64,000 nucleotides of DNA from Ramazzottius varieornatus. Lineage: Eukaryota; Animalia; Tardigrada. The notes under the pieces are model-generated. The model was given only the letters and a program-made list of their open reading frames with translations. It was not told the origin of the DNA and made no database searches. Positions 61,101 to 64,000 of this stretch are shown piece after piece; positions within the stretch are counted from its first letter, which is position 1, and each line of letters begins with the position of its first letter. The stretch covers positions 2,004,730 through 2,068,729 of the forward strand of contig BDGG01000007.1 of assembly GCA_001949185.1 (NCBI GenBank), in the 5' to 3' direction. The position numbers were made by a program, and so were the translations under genes.

Positions 61101-63823
61101 TGCGAAGGTAAGTCTGCAGTAAGTTGTTGGCGGGACTTCTTGGGTACTGGCTGGCTCGTCTCAGCCGCGGTAGGGTTTTTCTTGCGTCGCCCCATAGTTA
61201 GTACGTTTACAGGATATCCTGAGTACTAAATCTGTACAGATTCCAGCGGAACAGAGACTACAGATCAGTTGGAGAACAGCAGAAGAGAACCAGACGTAAA
61301 AACGAGGAAAGCCATAAGTGTAATTAGTGTAATAGAGAGTAGAAAAAGTATGTAAAGCAAGTGTGCAAGAGATAAACGCATTTAAAATCTCAATAAAAGC
61401 TGCTCGATGGCAGCTTATTCCGAAGTTCAAATTAAAACCTCCGATCTGTAAAATCACAGAAACAACCAAAAAATCAATCAAGCCTGTCGACACCTAATGA
61501 CCAATTAGCGATGTGTGCAGTGGCTACTGTCACAGTGTCAACTTGATTGAGCGCAAGTGCCACACGTTTCGTAAAAGCCAAGACAGTCTTCAGCTCAAAG
61601 CAGCTTTTGATCATAGAGTATTTCTGTGCTCTGCTTCCTTTTGAAATTTAACTGGTCAGCTGTAGTGACTTTTGCACGTCGAGAAATCTCCCTCAGCTAC
61701 CTTTTGAAACTGTGGAACAGTTCCCTGGAATTGGAACTGTTACTCTTGTTTCTTCTCTTTCCCCAGAGTTTCTTCCGCAGGACCGTTTTGAAGAATGTAC
61801 AGCACAAATGTCACGGCAAAGATACGTGCAGTATAAAGCGATGTCGACAGTGCCGCTACCAACAATGTTTGATGGCGGGAATGATCAGAGAAGGTAGGAC
61901 GCAAGTCTGACGGGGTCGCAAAAACTGTCTGTTAATTTTACACCTAACCTACAATGCCATTGTTCCCAGCATGCAACGCCCTGTTTGTTTAGCAATTTGT
62001 TCGGTCAAGCCAAAGAGAAACAAGCCAAAAGAGGACGAGGGTCCACCGATTTCTGCTCTTTCCCAAAGTTCCACAGGAAATGGAATACTTGGTAGACCAA
62101 ATTTCCGGCGGTCATCAGTTGACAGTAAAGGTAATTTAGATTTTCGATTCTATAATCATCCGCTTTATAACTATTCGATATATCGTTATTGAATTCGTTC
62201 TTTGTTTTTCCACATTGCACCGAATATCCGACGGGAAGGACTGGACGAAGCGAAGGTCAATGCCTTCGAGGACATCAGCGAGCTGTCTTGGCCTGCCTTG
62301 TTCAAGATTGTGGAGTTCGTCCAGAAGCTACCCGGATACGACACACTGACTCCCTCTGACCAGCACGTTTTGTTGAAGAACAGCTGCCTGGAAATCATGG
62401 TAAGTGAAACACCAACATGAGAAACAGTCAAATTGGAGATGGTTCGCCCCTGATCAATATGAAAGCTCGGCCAACAAGCTCGACAAAATACCAGTTACCG
62501 AGTGGCGCACGCATCCACCTAACAACAGTAACAACGTGCGCCACGTGGAAAAAACAACCTGGACAAGATTGTTTTTTCCCGAGGGGCGTCAAGTATCAGG
62601 TAATAACAACAGAAATGTGCGCCCCTTGAGAGAACGACCTGGTCGAGTTGGTTCCCCGACTTTTCATAATTTTTAACCATTTTATTGCTTATCTTCCTTC
62701 AGATTGTCCGGATGTGCTGGAGCCATTACGATTTACACTCTGATCGGTTCGTCTTGTCAGGAGGCCTCTACCTGACCCATATCCGATGTCATACCATCGG
62801 CCTCGGGGATGTGGAGAAAAATCTCTTCAAGTTGGCAGAGAGGATAGCAGAAATGCGTCTGGATGCGACCTGTCAATGCATCCTGTGTGCCTTGTGCTTC
62901 TTCCAGTCCGGTAAGTCTCAACTTCATGGCGTTACATACTTGGTAATTGCCATGTTGGCAAATAAACTGACGAATATTACTCTCTTCCAAAGTGGCGCAT
63001 GTTTCGTTGCTGGTGGCAAAACGTATGCGCCACCTGGGAAAACGATCATGTTCGAAGTAATTGCCAATTACCAGCCTTCCAATACTTTCTTCAGTCGTTT
63101 CGGCAGGTTTTACCTTTAACTTCTGCTTGAGATTCGCTTGTTGTAGATTATTCTGATGTGTGGGAGGACATCAAAGTTCAGTCTCTGCAGGAACCTCTCG
63201 TCGACCTCTTGAAGAGCCTCCTACCTCGCCTCCAGCCAACTCGGACAGAGCTCTTTTCGGAGCTGATTACGCAGACGCTCGTCGAGCTGCGATTTCTCTC
63301 TGATTGCTGTACGTGCGAACCAGCTTTAAGTCTTGTGGACAATATCGCAGTGGTTTGTGAAATGAAATGCGAGACCGCTGCCTCAAGTGGTGCACGTTTT
63401 CATTATCGTTCGCTGGTTGCGTGCGCCACTGGGAAATTCAGCAAGAGTACTTTCCCAAGTGGCGCACGCTCCCGGTGAACAACAACGGAAGCCTGCGCCA
63501 CTTAGGGAAAGAAAGTGAACAAGATCGTTGCCGCAAATGGCGCATCCTTCCAGCCAGTTACAATGGAAATGTACGCCACTTGAACTCTCGAACTTGTACG
63601 TGTTTTTTGCCGACCTGTCAAAGAAGTTTAGATTTTTTGTGCATGGTCCAGTCTGATCTTATTGGGGCTGTATTTTTCAGGTCGAGAAAAGATTCGGTGC
63701 GGCGAACAGCCAGCTGCCGACACGCTGAAAGAGCTCTTCTGTTCTTGGCCACAGTTCATGGAGGCAGCGCCCACGCCGCATGCCAAGCTGGCCCCGTCGC
63801 CGTTCGTGCAGTATCCGGCATAG
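58188..63823 (+). CDS. Nuclear hormone receptor (C4 zinc-finger DBD plus LBD), divergent
   Basis: 'CTICGQKASGVHYGATACEGCK|SFFRRTV...CRQCRYQQCLMAGM'. LBD signature 'KIVEFVQKLPGYDTLTPSDQHVLLKNSCLEIM', 'LDATCQCILCALCFFQS', AF-2-like 'TLKELF'. TATA-like CTATATAG at about 58087. Stop TAG at 63821-63823. Confidence 0.92.
58862..60019 (+). pseudogene. Harbinger/HARBI1-type DDE_Tnp_4 transposase, disrupted
   Basis: 'RFEQEVRMSRDAFERIL', 'FGVSEGFV', intron at about 59405-59469, 'GFPDCVGMLEGTLIP...YWSHKSRYGL', then a frame jump to 'PGEYLLADSAH...FNFHLASIRIRVEHTRGILKGRFPSL'. The DGT motif reads EGT and the GxxGSxxD segment is missing. Confidence 0.88.
60024..61195 (-). CDS. Harbinger ORF2: Myb/SANT/trihelix-like DNA-binding partner protein (2 exons)
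   Basis: 'WSTEQEGQLIEWL...YRKISVYLAEHGVQRDCSMVKNKIVNLERGYK', GTAAAA...TTGCAG intron, 'GIVRNHCPYWNRLNPVYSDR', C-terminal charged coiled coil. The frame is uninterrupted after splicing. Confidence 0.85.
62499..62628. repeat. Intronic palindromic module array (2 units, period 81)
   Basis: Units at 62499-62547 and 62580-62628 (the second has matching GGGGC/GCCCC arms), with 33-nt spacers, in a nuclear receptor intron. Confidence 0.85.
62989..63036. repeat. Intronic palindromic module (1 unit, 32-nt spacer)
   Basis: AAAGTGGC [32 nt] GCCACCTG GGAAAACGATC, in a nuclear receptor intron. Confidence 0.8.
63384..63582. repeat. Intronic palindromic module array (3 units, periods 72 and 78)
   Basis: Units at 63384-63432, 63456-63504 and 63534-63582, all with 33-nt spacers, in the last nuclear receptor intron. 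Confidence 0.9.
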
Positions 63824-64000
63824 CCATCATTTGGGGACACTGTCCAGCCCTCTTTCCAGACGCAAATCAACGAAGGCTTTTATAGCCCTTCAGCCTACGG
63901 GGCCATATCGTCGTGGACGTGTCCGGTGCCGCAGCCCAATAACCCGGCAAAATATCCAGCACTACCATCTTTTGATTCGTACTTGACGTAGACAAATTCC

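Larger units (their letters stand above)
58641..61495. mobile_element. PIF/Harbinger-superfamily (PHIS) DNA transposon, 2855 bp, in nuclear receptor intron 1
   Basis: Perfect 14-bp TIRs AGGTGTCGACAGGC / GCCTGTCGACACCT, 3-bp TSD AAT on both sides, and two convergent genes (DDE transposase and Myb/SANT-like). Confidence 0.95.

Noticed and set aside
63384-63582. CRISPR array interpretation of the repeat-spacer modules
   Set aside because: Eukaryotic intronic context, only 1-3 units per locus, inverted rather than direct repeats, degenerate copies, and no cas genes.

Overview
Eukaryotic, gene-dense animal (invertebrate) DNA with short GT-AG introns. The style fits a compact ecdysozoan genome such as a tardigrade, but the species cannot be shown from this window. 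Genes in order: 5' part of cytoplasmic dynein heavy chain (-), Tim10, HYPK, CCDC157-like (-), TRIM9/67 with two same-strand genes nested in an ~8 kb intron (a secreted Ly6/three-finger protein and an intronless TM/coiled-coil ORF), an intron-containing tRNA-Ser(CGA), an orphan multi-exon gene, a peptide-type GPCR, two convergent sarcoplasmic Ca-binding (EF-hand) paralogs, TMEM41B, and a gene ending in a nucleoside-phosphorylase (PNP_UDP) domain. Then come a ~10 kb island of non-autonomous DNA transposons and palindromes (40.5-50 kb), a hAT-MITE-interrupted reading frame, a BTB-BACK gene, an assembly gap, and a divergent nuclear receptor whose first intron holds a complete PIF/Harbinger-type transposon with a damaged transposase and an intact Myb/SANT-like partner. 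The most striking unexplained signal is a dispersed palindromic module, CAAGTGGC-N33-GCCACTTG. I count 14 copies at 8 loci, all in introns, often as 2-3-unit arrays. The arms and spacer length are conserved while the spacer sequences differ.
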